DNA of 60,113 bases, filler included, from Sphacelaria rigidula (lineage: Eukaryota), in the NCBI GenBank assembly GCA_964200075.2. It is 8 parts of 8 records of this genome, joined end to end, with 100 filler letters (N's around TTAATTAATTAA, not from the genome) between each part and the next. Parts side by side here need not be neighbours in the genome. Positions count along the whole stretch, not along the records: positions 1 to 7,427 come from CAXNAA020014975.1; positions 7,528 to 14,954 come from CAXNAA020014976.1; 6 more parts are not named here. The stretch is one strand, 5' to 3'. Positions 1 to 11,165 of this stretch are shown piece after piece (the stretch's first letter is position 1; each line of letters opens with the position of its first letter). The translations under genes and the position numbers were made by a program. The notes below the pieces were generated by a model, which was given only the letters and a program-made list of their open reading frames with translations, did no database searches and had not been told where the DNA came from.

Positions 1-679
1 AAGCACTGTTTTAGGCTTGAGCCTCATCTCGAAGTTAAACCTCAATTCGCACAATTTGTTGTTCTATGCACCCTCCTCGCCCGAGGGTCTCGTGCGCCTA
101 GGGTCGGGGTTGGGGTTAGGGCTAGTGTTGGGTTAGTTTGTAACATTCCATGATGTTCCCCGTCAACCGTTATCTATGGACATATTTGTAGCTCCCCTCC
201 CTTTCACCGCGAGGGTGAGTAAATCACCTGCTGAATCGGCATCAATATTCACTTGAAGAGAGTATGTGTCATGCAGATGGACTATCCGCGCCGCGGTCGA
301 AGCTGGAAGTAATGTTTCGGCCGTATCTCATCGGAGGCGTCACCGCTTGCAAATCTGATTGCGGGTGAAAATGCGATTTCTCGACGGACATGTGTAGGAC
401 TTTCCTGCTTCTACGGGATGGCTCCTACGCCACCCCTACTTTATCAGCGCCTTCTTTGGTTCCTTTAACGAGAAGAAGCGTGCCGGAGTAACCTCCGCCG
501 GCTAGCGGTGAGGATGTACACTATTTTCCACAAAATCTTTCACGTGTGTTTTGGGCCCCCAAGCCAACAATCTCCCCTGTGATTATATTCCCGCGGGCCT
601 CTAAACTCTGCTTGAAAGTCATCCACCAGTTGTGTGGTCCCCCAGCATGTTTTCGGCTCCCTTGTCCTCACTTAATTTT

Positions 680-750
680 TGGTGGCAGCCGTGATTCGAA
701 CCCGAGACCTTCTGTTCATGAAGCGTACGAAGTATCTCATGGTGTCGCCA
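680..750 (-). mobile_element. tRNA-derived sequence (probable SINE head or tRNA pseudogene)
   Basis: The minus strand reads ...GGTCTCGGGTTCGAATCACGGCTGCCACCA, giving a B-box/T-loop GGTTCGAATC and a CCA-like end. The 5' half does not fold into a clean cloverleaf. Confidence 0.5.
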
Positions 751-2923
751 ATGTGCAAAGGTGATTCCTCGGCCGAAACTCATATGGAGCTCCACCTTCC
801 ATGTGGTGGTTCCCGTACACGCCCAAACTCCCGTCAGATCACGGGCTTTCAGGGGGGTGACGGCCGTTTCGGAGGATGTGGCCATCTTGACGTAATTCAC
901 CAAAAACCTCCCGTTACGAAAAAAATATGTTTCTCATCTCACGAACATGTCCTTTGCGGACATGACGAGAAACCCGTGCAACAAATTTTTGTTGACTGCC
1001 TGAGGGCACCTCAAATATTGGATGAAACGGTTAACGGTTACTAGGTGAGCATGAACCTAACTCGCTGCCGTCTGTCGGCGAATGCCTGATGATGCATCTT
1101 TGTCTACCTGAAAGAAGGCACGCGCGCAGGGCGCCTCTTACCATCACGAAACCGTATTTAGTGCGTCATTCGGGTGAGAAGTGTATCTCCAGTCCGAATT
1201 ATTTTTTAATTTTTACCCACCACGATCTGAGCAAGTCACCATTATTTCAAGGGTATTTATCGATGACAGTCTCATTTCAAAATCACCGTCGTCACATCAC
1301 TATTTTTTTTCACCAAGCAAAAACGACAAACTAGGTGGACCAAGACAGCCGAGCACGGACGGATCCCCAACCCCCAGGCGCGCAGATATATACCACGTGA
1401 GTCAGGTCGTTCCCTCTCCCTCACCACGACTGTGCTACCTTCCCCTCCCCCTCCCCCCCCCCCAATCCCTCCCCCCTCTTCCCTGCAACCTATAACCTCG
1501 GCAGCAGCACACGAAGACAGCCCCTCTCACCGGGGCGCCTCTAGCATCGACGACCAACAGTCAGGGGGGCCTGCTGGACGCCAAAACTCATCCTCATTCA
1601 TTTTCACGGTACATGACGTGGGCGGAAATTATCCTGCTACAATTAACCAGCCAACTCCACGGCACCCCGTCTTCTTTTTTTCTAAGTTATTGTTCACACC
1701 GTACTGTTGTTGTATGGTATATGTCATCCCTGTACGAGCCGTCGGAGCACTCGCACTTCTTCCACCCGTCCAAAAACCCCCAACTGCAGTAGTGCAGAGG
1801 CATCTCTAGCACCACTCACCACTGCATCATACTCACGGAATACAGGATTTCACATCAACGTACTCATCTGGCCGCGTTTCTGTTTCCCCAAGTATCACCC
1901 GTGCCTGAGGGAAACCCACGCCAATTCGTCCTCGGAACTGTCCGTCATCGGTCGTTTCACCATTTTCCTCGTCCTTGCCTCACAAGTTTGCCTGGTACGC
2001 AAGCTACGTGGAACATGACCAACACTAAACGCCGTCGCCACACCCATCCGCCTTCGACCTTGTGGTGTGCGCTGGTAAGCCCATAAGAAATAGCTTCAGC
2101 TCGAAGCGGCCAGAGTTCGGACCATTCATGCCCCTGACAAAGCCGCATCTCAGCGATCCATACCACACAGCATGGAGATCATTCGATAACGGGGAGCTGG
2201 GTAAACATTCTCCTTCTGTCCCTTCATCACACTCGCAAGGGCTCTCTCTCTCTCTCTCGTTCGCTTCCTCGCCAGTCAGCAATGCCCCGCCACTGCCTCA
2301 CGTAAAAAAAAAAAAAACTCCAAAAGAGAGTCCAATTGTCCACCAAATCTGGGGACTTGCACAAAAAATTGAACCTCGTGTCGCGGGTACTGTACAAACA
2401 GCACAGTGCGGTGGGCCTCCGTAGACAGAATACATGCTATCATACTCATTACGACACGAAGCGCGTAACGAACGGCGACGACAGGTGCAGAGCACAACCA
2501 CGATGTTTTTTTTCTCTACTTCTGCAATTTCTTCGGTTACTAATATTTTCACCCTTCGTTTTTTTCAACAACACCCTGCGTGACCGACCGTGGATTTTTG
2601 CGGCGCGAAGCCTTCAAGTCCAAACACGCTTCCATGAGAAACGTAACAAGTCAAAAACGAGCTTGCGACCCTTGCTTGCCGTCACACGACCGAGCGGATG
2701 CACACAACACGTGCATGATTCGGCCCATCGTAAAACATATATATAATCATTGGTGAACAAGGCTTTGAAAGGTGCCCCCCCACACACACACACCCTCCCC
2801 CCAGCAACCTCCTGAAAAATACGGGACGGGTGGGGACAACTATCAACCATCATAAAAAAACAAAAAACAAAAAACAGACAGAACGAGAACAGAGAAAAAG
2901 AAACAAGGATGACGACGCAAGGA

Positions 2924-3092
2924 TCAGAACTTGAACGAGTCTTTGTATCGTTTCCCCTTTTCCGCCGCTTTTTCTTTCTCCTTCTTCTCCAGCTTGCGCT
3001 TCCGTTTGCGATTTTCCTCCGCCACTATGTCGCTCACATCTTCCTTATCCTTACTTATGGACGTCGTCGCTGCTCGCTCCATTTCCTCAAAC
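2924..3092 (-). CDS. SF3B2: Splicing factor 3B subunit 2 (SAP145/Cus1), terminal exon
   Basis: Acceptor tcgcag|G, then (R)FEEMERAATTSISKDKEDVSDIVAEENRKRKRKLEKKEKEKAAEKGKRYKDSFKF*. This matches the SF3B2 C-terminal pattern EDxSDxVAE...K/RYKxFKF. The phase matches the upstream exon (AG|G = Arg). Confidence 0.9.
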
Positions 3093-3812
3093 CTGCGACA
3101 AGCAGTAGCAACAAAAACAGCGACAGAAAGGACAACCGCCCAAACTCAGAGCACAAATTTCGTGGGGGATATCTATCAACTGATTGATCTCCGCACACCC
3201 ATCAAGTGGTCCCCTTAAAATCCAGCCGTTGTGACAGAAAGACGCATCCAGGGTGAGCGAGCGAAAACATTGCCACAGGAAACTCGAGAGGAGGAAAAGT
3301 GAAGAATAGAGAAATGACATATTAACCAGCACACCGAAAACTGCAATAAATGAGAAGGAAGGAGAGGGAAGGAGAGGGAAGGGAAGGAAAATGACCGGAA
3401 AACGCCGCACTAAGCTCTAGCGCCGGTCGCAGAGGGAGGGGCGCGGGAGGGGGCGGGGCGCGCTTACTCATTTGTTTTGCCTTCGTCGCTTGACCGTTGA
3501 CCACGCCTCCCTTTCGAGACGGAGCACCGTTCCTACTCCTAATAGAGACACCTCCAACATCTTGGTGCTCATGACGTTGCTTACATACATTGCACAAAAA
3601 TATTTTACATATCTTATCCCCGTCCTCAAGGGAGGGCGTAATCATTTGTTGCTTGCCTTAGTCCTTAACCATTGACCATTGACCATGGGGGGGGGGGGGG
3701 GGGGGGGAACCGGCCGGCCCGCGCCGCCGGGCGCGACGGAGGGGGGGGGGNNNNNNNNNNTTCGCGGATAGGTGGTTGTTTTTTTTGTTTGGTTCTGTCG
3801 GCCACGACGGGG

Positions 3813-3847
<35 letters not shown>

Positions 3848-4621
3848 GAAACCGGCCGGCCCGCGCCGCATGGCATCAGGCAAGGAGACGGTGCGAAAGA
3901 AAGGAAGGCGAGACATGAAATGCATGAACTGACCAGCTCGCAACATCACTGTTTTTTACTCTTGGATGTTATCAACAGAAACCCGCGGTTCTGATCCTGC
4001 ATATTAGACCCCAACTGAACATACAACAACTTTTATAAACTCAACAAAAAAAAGTGTGTACATGAATAAGTTCACCTTTAGCACGACGAGTACAGGCTGG
4101 TTCAGACTGAGTGCCCAAAATGTATCATCCCCCACGAGATACAGAACGAAAAACTCACCCTATAGAAACATATTTAGCATCATAGTTACCCCCACGAGCA
4201 AGCAAACGGTGTGACATGGCGAGATTTTTTTCCGTGTCCTTTGCCGTGGCGGTGGTGGTGAAAATATTTCTCGGCCAATCAGGGGCCTTCAAATTGTTCT
4301 GAAACTAAAAATGCTAATTCCATACCCAGTTTGTACTCAATCTCATCACGAATCAAAGCTTACTGACCGCCATCAGGTAGGGAGTCGGACGGAAAAACAA
4401 ACAAATTTGAAAAACGGTTTGTATGGGACCGAGTTATACTCCAAAGCATGGTATGTCGGTGATGTGCGATTTAACTATGCATCAAAGACCCAGAAAGTCT
4501 CTTCACGTTTTCCGTCGTAACTTCGGTCAAAAAGCTCCGGCCATCTTTAAACTTGGCAGTTTGGTAGATATGGGTGCTACGATTAGGGAAAAAAAACGTT
4601 CTCTATCCACAATGTACACAC

Positions 4622-5129
4622 CTCTCCCTGAGACCCTCCTCATCCGCAAGCTGCTCGTCCACCTCGTCTGGGTTCAGCGACATTTGCACGTCTCGCGCCT
4701 CCTCCCCCGCAGCCCCACCCCCCATGGCGCCCACCGCACCGCTCTTCGCCCCTGGCAACACATACTTTCGGTCCCCGCCAAACATCGCCCCAGTGCCTAT
4801 AGTCGCCTCCCGCTGCTGCACCACCTTGTAGAGCTCTTGAGGTACGGCAGAGATGCCTGTAGTGTCAGGCGTGTCTACCCCCGCCCGCTTTCGAAGATCC
4901 ATCATTGTGTCCGGTGTTTCTAGTCCAGATACGCTGGATATTCCGCCTTCCGCGCCTCCAAACATGGGGGTTTCCGCACCGTCCGCGGCATTTTCGTCGT
5001 CGTCGTCCCCCTCCTCCTCTTCTTCCTCCTCCTCCTCATCCTCCTCATCTGACTCCGCGATGTCTCCCCAGTGCGACTTGTCCAGTTCTTCGACGTCGTC
5101 TCCGTCCTTTGCCGCCAGGTTGAACACAT
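4622..5129 (-). CDS. SF3B2: Splicing factor 3B subunit 2, penultimate exon
   Basis: aaacag|AT GTG TTC gives (G)DVF..., HWGD plus an acidic tract, SSVSGLETPDTMMDLRK, ELYKVVQQRE, GAMFGGDRKY and VQMSLNPDEV, all characteristic of the SF3B2 C-terminal half. Donor AG|GTGTGT at 4621. No upstream exons were seen in this contig. Confidence 0.92.
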
Positions 5130-5186
5130 CTGTTTTTGTTTTTGTTTTTCGTTTTTTTGTAATTGTTTCCGTGTGGTGTGAGGGCT

Positions 5187-5912
5187 TGTCTCAGCACTTT
5201 TGTGTTCGATCGAAAAAATGAGGCGGTGGAATTAATTTGAGCGAAAAAAATTTCGTTTGGATGCAGTTGGGTCCGGACGGATTTTCAAGCTCTCGATCGA
5301 AAAAAGACAGTGAAATTCGTGAAACGGTACATGGTCACTCGTGTGAAGTACAGACAGTATGTACTGTCTGTACTGCTTGCAAGCAGGGTGTCTTGAGTGC
5401 GTGTGTGCGTATTTCGTGCAGGAGGAAATAAAGGACAAGCGGGTAACGTGCAGTGCAGACAGCCCAGGACTATCAGCTCTCTCTGCTTACAATGCGACGA
5501 GAAAAGGTCGTCACTGATACCTACCGTGAGAGGAGATGCGCAAGTTTTCGCCAACAAGAAATAAAGAAAGAACACCCGACTACTGTAGTGTATCTCTGGG
5601 CTCAACTCGTGCTCTATGCTGCAGGGTCGCGGTGGTAGCTGAGAATGAGTTGGATGAAGTTTGCATGGTCCTGTGAACAGGTGTTATTCGGCGTGGTGGT
5701 CTGTAAGATAGGAGTCAAGTGCCGCTTCGTGTCTTTCAACCGCATGTTTTCGATCGAAATCGATTGTTTTTTACCTCGTTGCATTCTTCTCCGCGCGCCG
5801 CTAATTATAATTTTAAGTTGAAGCCTTGAAGGAACATAAATGCGGTGGACCTATCAGATCGGCAAAAAGAAATCGACCGCACTTTTTCGATCGAAAAAAA
5901 AGTGCCAAGACA
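5187..5912. mobile_element. MITE / non-autonomous DNA transposon in SF3B2 intron
   Basis: Imperfect ~45-bp terminal inverted repeats (TGTCTCAGCACTTTTGTGTTCGATCGAAAAA ... TTTTTCGATCGAAAAAAAAGTGCCAAGACA). The left ~320 bp has a close copy at ~14357-14680 in another contig. Confidence 0.7.
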
Positions 5913-6639
5913 CACTCTGACATGGTATACAGCGTGTTGATGGTATTGTTGTTTCAATCGTCACTAATCAGATTTCATGATTGGATCGAAAAGGATATGT
6001 AAGCCGACGAGAACCTGCCTTGTTCGCTGCGGTGGATCACCATGACGCCCGACACAACCATCACCGAATCAATTTCAACAAAAAATTCCAACCATTCCAG
6101 AATGGCGGTCATCTCAGGATATTTTCCGTACGATTTTCACCTTTTTTCCAAGTGATTTGTCACAATGTCAGACGCGATAAACGCACAGACTGCAAATAAT
6201 TGGCGTAACCGCAGGTCACCACCTGAATAATGACTACTGCAAACAACCATCAGCATATCGGTTGTTGACTATGTCCTTAATCGGTGGCTCCGCGGTGCCG
6301 ACTGGTGTGTGTCTGCATCTACTCTGCTGCCATGAATCCCTCAGGCTTTTTTTTTTCCCTTTTTTCCCCCTTTTTTTTCCCCTTTTTTTTCTCTTTTTTT
6401 TCCCATCGTTCCATTGTATTTTTTTATATAATTTGTACTTTCCTCTTCTTTTTCTCTTTCTTGCTTTAGGTCGGCCATTGCTTCCTGCGCTTTGCTTGTG
6501 TTGATTTTTTCTTACTTTTTTTTGTCACGTCTTTGTCTGCTATGTCGTTCTGTTCGACCCCTCTTTTTTTTTTTTCCTGTTCCTATTGTTTTCTGTTCTT
6601 TTTTTTTTTCTTAGAGCGTTTTTGAATTCCGTTTTTCTT

Positions 6640-6715
6640 GAGTACGTCTGTCATGAGAACACGGCTGGACCCCTGGGGGGTCAGTTAAAGTGCGACAATC
6701 GATCAAATCAATCAA
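6640..6715 (+). mobile_element. 3' end of a non-LTR retroposon family with (AATC)-like tail
   Basis: CACGGCTGGACCCCTGGGGGGTCAGTTAAAGTGCGACAATCGATCAAATCAATCAA. Related copies occur at ~55215-55270 (+) and ~37650-37700 (-), each preceded by a T-rich stretch. Confidence 0.6.
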
Positions 6716-6959
6716 GCTACCACCCCCCACAGGTGGGGCCGATAGCCGCACGGGTCGGACAAAACGTCAGCCACTCGATACACGGCCGTGCGTTCGTTTC
6801 CGTTTGGGAAGGTTGGGATTGGGGTCGGCATAGGCCGAGACCGACGGCAGGTGCCCCTCTACTGAGCCGCCCTCCCGTTGAATCATGACAACACTACAGT
6901 CACGGGACATCAGCTCCAGAGGAACATTCCCGGACCCATGTGGCGGAGGCAGGGAACGT

Positions 6960-7288
6960 ACTCATGATCTTGCATGCCATAATCATGAGATCATTGACCT
7001 CGCATCCCCGCATCCCTACAAAGCCGAGACGGAGCACGCTGAACCAGGCTCGCACTCAATCACCACGCGCAAGGACGGGGGGTGGGAGGGGGGATGCCTT
7101 GACGTCTACTGAGTGCGCGTACATGGACATGAATATTACACGGCCTCCTGGGTGCTCAATTACCCTCCCCCCCGTTCGCGCTCGGTGATTGCGAGCCTGG
7201 TCCGGCGAAAACCTGGCGTGCTCCGTCCCGACTTTGGTATGGATGCGAGGTCAATGGTCTTATGACTACGGCATGCGAGATCATGAGT
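6960..7288. repeat. Long imperfect inverted repeat (foldback/MITE-like)
   Basis: The left arm ACTCATGATCTTGCATGCC..CATTGACCTCGCATCC..GAGACGGAGCACGC..ACCAGGCTCGCA is the reverse complement of ~7160-7288. Related motifs occur at ~3465-3530, ~3640-3685 and ~7335-7427. Confidence 0.8.
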
Positions 7289-7427
7289 GCCCCCCTCACC
7301 CCCCCTGCGCGCAGATATGATACTGTTTGACCCGAGACGGAGCGCTGGGCGCGCGCGTGGGGAGTGGGGGGGGGGGTCGTACTCATTTGTTGCTTGCCTT
7401 AGTCATTTGGCCATTGACCACGCATCC

Positions 7428-7527
7428 NNNNNNNNNNNNNNNNNNNNNNNNNNNNNNNNNNNNNNNNNNNNTTAATTAATTAANNNNNNNNNNNNNNNNN
7501 NNNNNNNNNNNNNNNNNNNNNNNNNNN
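7428..7527. other. Artificial contig linker (N44-TTAATTAATTAA-N44); identical linkers at 14955-15054, 22482-22581, 30009-30108, 37536-37635, 45062-45161, 52588-52687
   Basis: Seven identical 100-bp spacers carry a six-frame stop 12-mer. The intervening contigs are 7427,7427,7427,7427,7427,7426,7426,7426 bp, consistent with length-sorted scaffolds. Confidence 0.98.
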
Positions 7528-8154
7528 CACTTAAAGCGAATGATCAAAGCCACTCTCAATCGAAGATCTACTCTCAATCTCACGAACACACTGTTAAGAG
7601 CGGATGTTCCATGTCATAGTTCTACCCCTCATTTTAGTCGGATCCTCAATTCTTGCCGAGCGCCAATTTTTGAACGTCGGCCATAATCGTGTTTCTCGCA
7701 AAAACATTGCAATTCACCTTGAGTTACCCTCATCTGTGGGAGGTGAGTAAATAAACGTCTCCTGCTCGCTGTATCACATGCTTGCTCCCTTCCCGTGCTC
7801 TAAACTTTCGTGCAAGCCGTATGCACGTCGCGTTTGTTTCGTGTTGTTCGAGCTACTCGCCGTCTGTGTCAAGTTGTGCTCAGCACTCGTTCTTTGTCCA
7901 TAATATTTGCTGCTATGCTGACTCCAAGAAAACACCCTAGTATGAATGTACATAATCCTTGTACATGGGCACGAAATGCTGGGCTTCTCACTGAAGACTT
8001 CGATTTGGAGTATGATACTCGGTAGGCAGCGGCAACTGCTGTGTATCCAGGTGCTCTTTGGAGCAGGATGCGTTTGATGTCCGTTTGACGAAGTTATCCT
8101 CAATAAAACGAAAATCGATAAGGGTTTTAGAATGGAAAAATCTAGCCAGAAAGA

Positions 8155-8239
8155 TATCGCAAGAACTACGACGCAAGAACCACGACGCAAACAACCTATC
8201 GCAAGAACCAAGACGCAAGAACCACGACGCAAAAAACCT
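8155..8239 (+). repeat. Minisatellite, 2 x ~42 bp built of CGCAAGAACCACGA-like 14-mers
   Basis: TATCGCAAGAACTACGACGCAAGAACCACGACGCAAACAACC is repeated twice. Confidence 0.8.
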
Positions 8240-8261
8240 CTTAGTCGGATCTTTACCCGCA

Positions 8262-8705
8262 AACACGGGATCTTACGAATTGGGGATGGATCATTTATTG
8301 GGGATGAGAAACCCGGAGAATAAAAACCTTCGTATCCACACCAAATCTTCGAAATGTGGTTCCATTTCTTCACCTACTGATAGCTATTGACAACTGCTAC
8401 ACGCCATAGAAATTTAGGTTTTGATCACCAAAATATTGGGGTCCTAGATGAAAAATCAATATGGGGGAATTCCGGGTGTCCGAACGGACGCCAAAAAGGT
8501 TCCGAAATTGGTTTTTCACGTAGGACTCCAACATTTTGGCGATTGGAATTGAAATTTGTATGGCATGTAGCAGTTGTCAATAGCTATCAGTAGGTGAAGA
8601 AATGAAACCATATTTCGAAGAGTTGGTGTGGATACGAAGAGTATAATTCTCCGGGTATCTCATCCCCAATTAATGATCCATCCCCAATTTGTAAGATTCC
8701 GTGTT
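8262..8705. mobile_element. MITE with ~150-bp terminal inverted repeats; third solo arm at ~8895-9050
   Basis: 8262-8415 (AACACGGGATCTTACGAATTGGGGATGGATC...GATAGCTATTGACAACTGCTACACGCCATA) is the reverse complement of 8552-8705. A diverged direct copy lies at 8895-9050. Confidence 0.85.
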
Positions 8706-9964
8706 CGCTGCAGAAACCAGCTTCACTTTGTGAAATTGTAATTACAGTACCGTCAAATGTAGTGCAGACGGAACAGGCAGTACACTGAATTAGCAACTAC
8801 ACTGCGCTGTACAATGGTCGAGCGGAGTTTCAAATTCAACAGCCACCACCTGGGCCGCCAGGCATGCATGCAAACGATTATGCCGTTTTCATCTAACACG
8901 GGATTTCAAAAACTGGGGATGGAATATTTATTGAGGATGAGAAACCCGGAAACTTAAACTCTTCGTATCCACATCAAATCTTCGAGGCATGGTTCCATTT
9001 CTTCACTTTCTGGTAGCTAGTGACAACTACTACACGCCATGCAAATGCGAATTTTGATAACGGATTGTTGATAGCACCGCGACTAGTTTAGGCGCCGTGC
9101 TCGTCCTTTGAGGATTCGTTTTTTTTACGGGGAGTCGGGAAAGGCACGACACGGGTGTAATTTGTGCGCAAAAAACATGGCACGGGCACGTTTCATCTCA
9201 ACTCCCACCGGCGGGGTACTGTCATCTTCGATTTTCAGAGCCCACGTCACATTGGTTCAATTATTTCACTACATGAGTTTTTTCTCCGACCCGTGGTCAC
9301 GGGGTGCAAGGAACTCACCGCCGATGACCATGAAACCAAGAGTCGACAGAGGATGTCTTGGTACAAAAAACTGTACACGAAAACGATCACCCCGCCAAAA
9401 CCGATCGAGCAACGAGGAACACACTGCAAGCCAGCAAAGTACCGGCGTGCGATCTAGACCACAAAATTACCACCCCCTGCTGCATGTACATGTAGGAACA
9501 GCAAACGCAGGAACCGAGATGTCGTAGGCAGCGAGAACCACCCCGAAAAAGACTTGATAATTTTGAAAAATATCCCAGGTTCAAGGAAATTAGGTGATGG
9601 CTTCATCGACGAAACATCCACTGACTTGGCTCAGCATCAACATCAAGTGAGTTGATCACCCAAATATTAGTCCGGTGTAATTACCCAGAGCTAATCCAAG
9701 TTCGAGAACCTCAAATCTACCTGCCCTTTTGTTATCCCCCTCACACTTTCAACCCCCCCCCCTCCTCGGAATGAGTCCGTGGTCTTGAGGGATCAACTCA
9801 CCTCTCCCCCGGTACGTGCCTTTCGTTTCGCTCTTGCGGATTGGGTCAGCACTTCCGCACCGTGTCAACCCACGTCACACAAACCCGGTCGACTAATATT
9901 GTTTACCCATGTACTCACGTTTTGTTTTCCACGGTGGAAATCATACATAACGAAGAAAAAACTC

Positions 9965-10036
9965 AACCAATCGGGAATCGAACCCCCATTCTCTCAGCCC
10001 CAATGGCAACAGTCGGATCAATACACCAACGGGGCG
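9965..10036 (-). mobile_element. tRNA-derived SINE head; body continues to ~9765
   Basis: The minus strand GCCCCGTTGGTGTATTGA...GGGGGTTCGATTCCCGA carries A-box and B-box motifs at tRNA spacing. The body is related to ~46085-46250 and ~54020-54060. Confidence 0.6.
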
Positions 10037-10553
10037 CTAGAAGTAGATATTTCCGTTATGTGTCGGGAGCAGTTGAGAACAAAGGCAATATAACACTGAG
10101 GACACACCCAAAGCTCCCCAATCCTGACCCCCGAAAGATACTGGGGAAAATAAGTTGATTTGACGACGTTACTGTAAGACTACTCAACGCCGAAAAACCG
10201 AAGCCCAAAGTGAGAAGAAACGCCGCCGCTAAAAAGTCACAGAGACCGACGGAAGCTGATGTGGATGATGTTCGATCTGACGAAGTTCGTCACGTCCCGA
10301 GTGTAGACATCTGGTTTTGGAACGCAGCACGGTATCAAGAAGGTAGACGAGGGGAAGGTAAAGGAACGAAGAGACGTGAACAAGCGTGCAGGCTGAAGAT
10401 TGCGCTGAGGCGTGTTGGAAGAAATAAATGAAGAAAAGTCCGGTGCGGACGAGAGCATTTATTGAAGGTGTGAAAGGGCAGAATGAAAATAAGACTACAC
10501 ATAGTTGAGAGGGAGTTGAACAGGGACAAGGAATGGCCAATTGTGATACTTAC

Positions 10554-11165
10554 CGTCAGCGGCGGTTAAGCTTCCAGCTCCGCTCCTGGTGGCCGTGGGT
10601 CGGCTACCTTGTCGGGTCGTACTGTTTTTCTTCTTTTCGAGGGGAGGGGATCTCTTAGTTGGTGGCGTGACGGGTTGGTTTCCGGGAGGGGACAGGGAGT
10701 TATCACTGACCCGCGGTGCTTTGCGTGGTATCGAATCGTCGTTTCTTGACGCATATGACGCTTTCTCCTTCAAGAAACGTCATTGGAAATCAGATAGGAG
10801 CGTGTCACGCGTGTCGTGGAAACAAAGGTCACACCTTCTGAAAGCTGGTTCGCCATCCCCCGCCAAGAGATCATGGAGTGGTTTTTGGGACAGGGTTGCT
10901 GTACACTCGTAACACGGACGAGTGCACTCCTCGGCCGCTTTCACGAGGGTTTTTACGCACGCGCGGCCGTCCGCGTGGGCGTATACCCTGTCTTTACCGC
11001 CGGTAGGATCGAACATGCGGTGTTACGGGGTGCTGACGTCGATCTCGCCGCCACACGCTAAGCAGAGGAAGGGCAGCTGTTTCCTGGAGCCCTTTGGGAC
11101 TGGTTTTGTATCCTGCGAGACAGAGATGTGGGTGTTGCAGGTGGAGCACCTGTCAATGCCGAACG
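10554..11165 (-). pseudogene. Decayed Cys-rich (four CxxC) ORF of unknown family
   Basis: One reading frame: RCSTCNTH...FLCLACGGEIDVSTP*HRMFDPTGGKDRVYAHADGRACVK...PCYECTA...RRCDLCFHDTRDTLLSDFQ*RFLKEKAS...AADG. It has two in-frame stops and ends at a G|GTAAGT donor. Confidence 0.45.

Noticed and set aside
99..137. Telomere-like GGGTTAGGG motifs (also CCCTAACCC at ~48580)
   Set aside because: Only 1-2 degenerate units and internal, so not a telomeric array.
3687..3870. Poly-G runs with duplicated AACCGGCCGGCCCGCGCCGC around an N gap; Pro/Gly-rich ORFs
   Set aside because: Low-quality sequence flanking a scaffold gap. The ORFs are homopolymer artefacts.
7774..8390. 199-aa and 110-aa ORFs
   Set aside because: They run through a minisatellite and a MITE arm and show no protein motifs.
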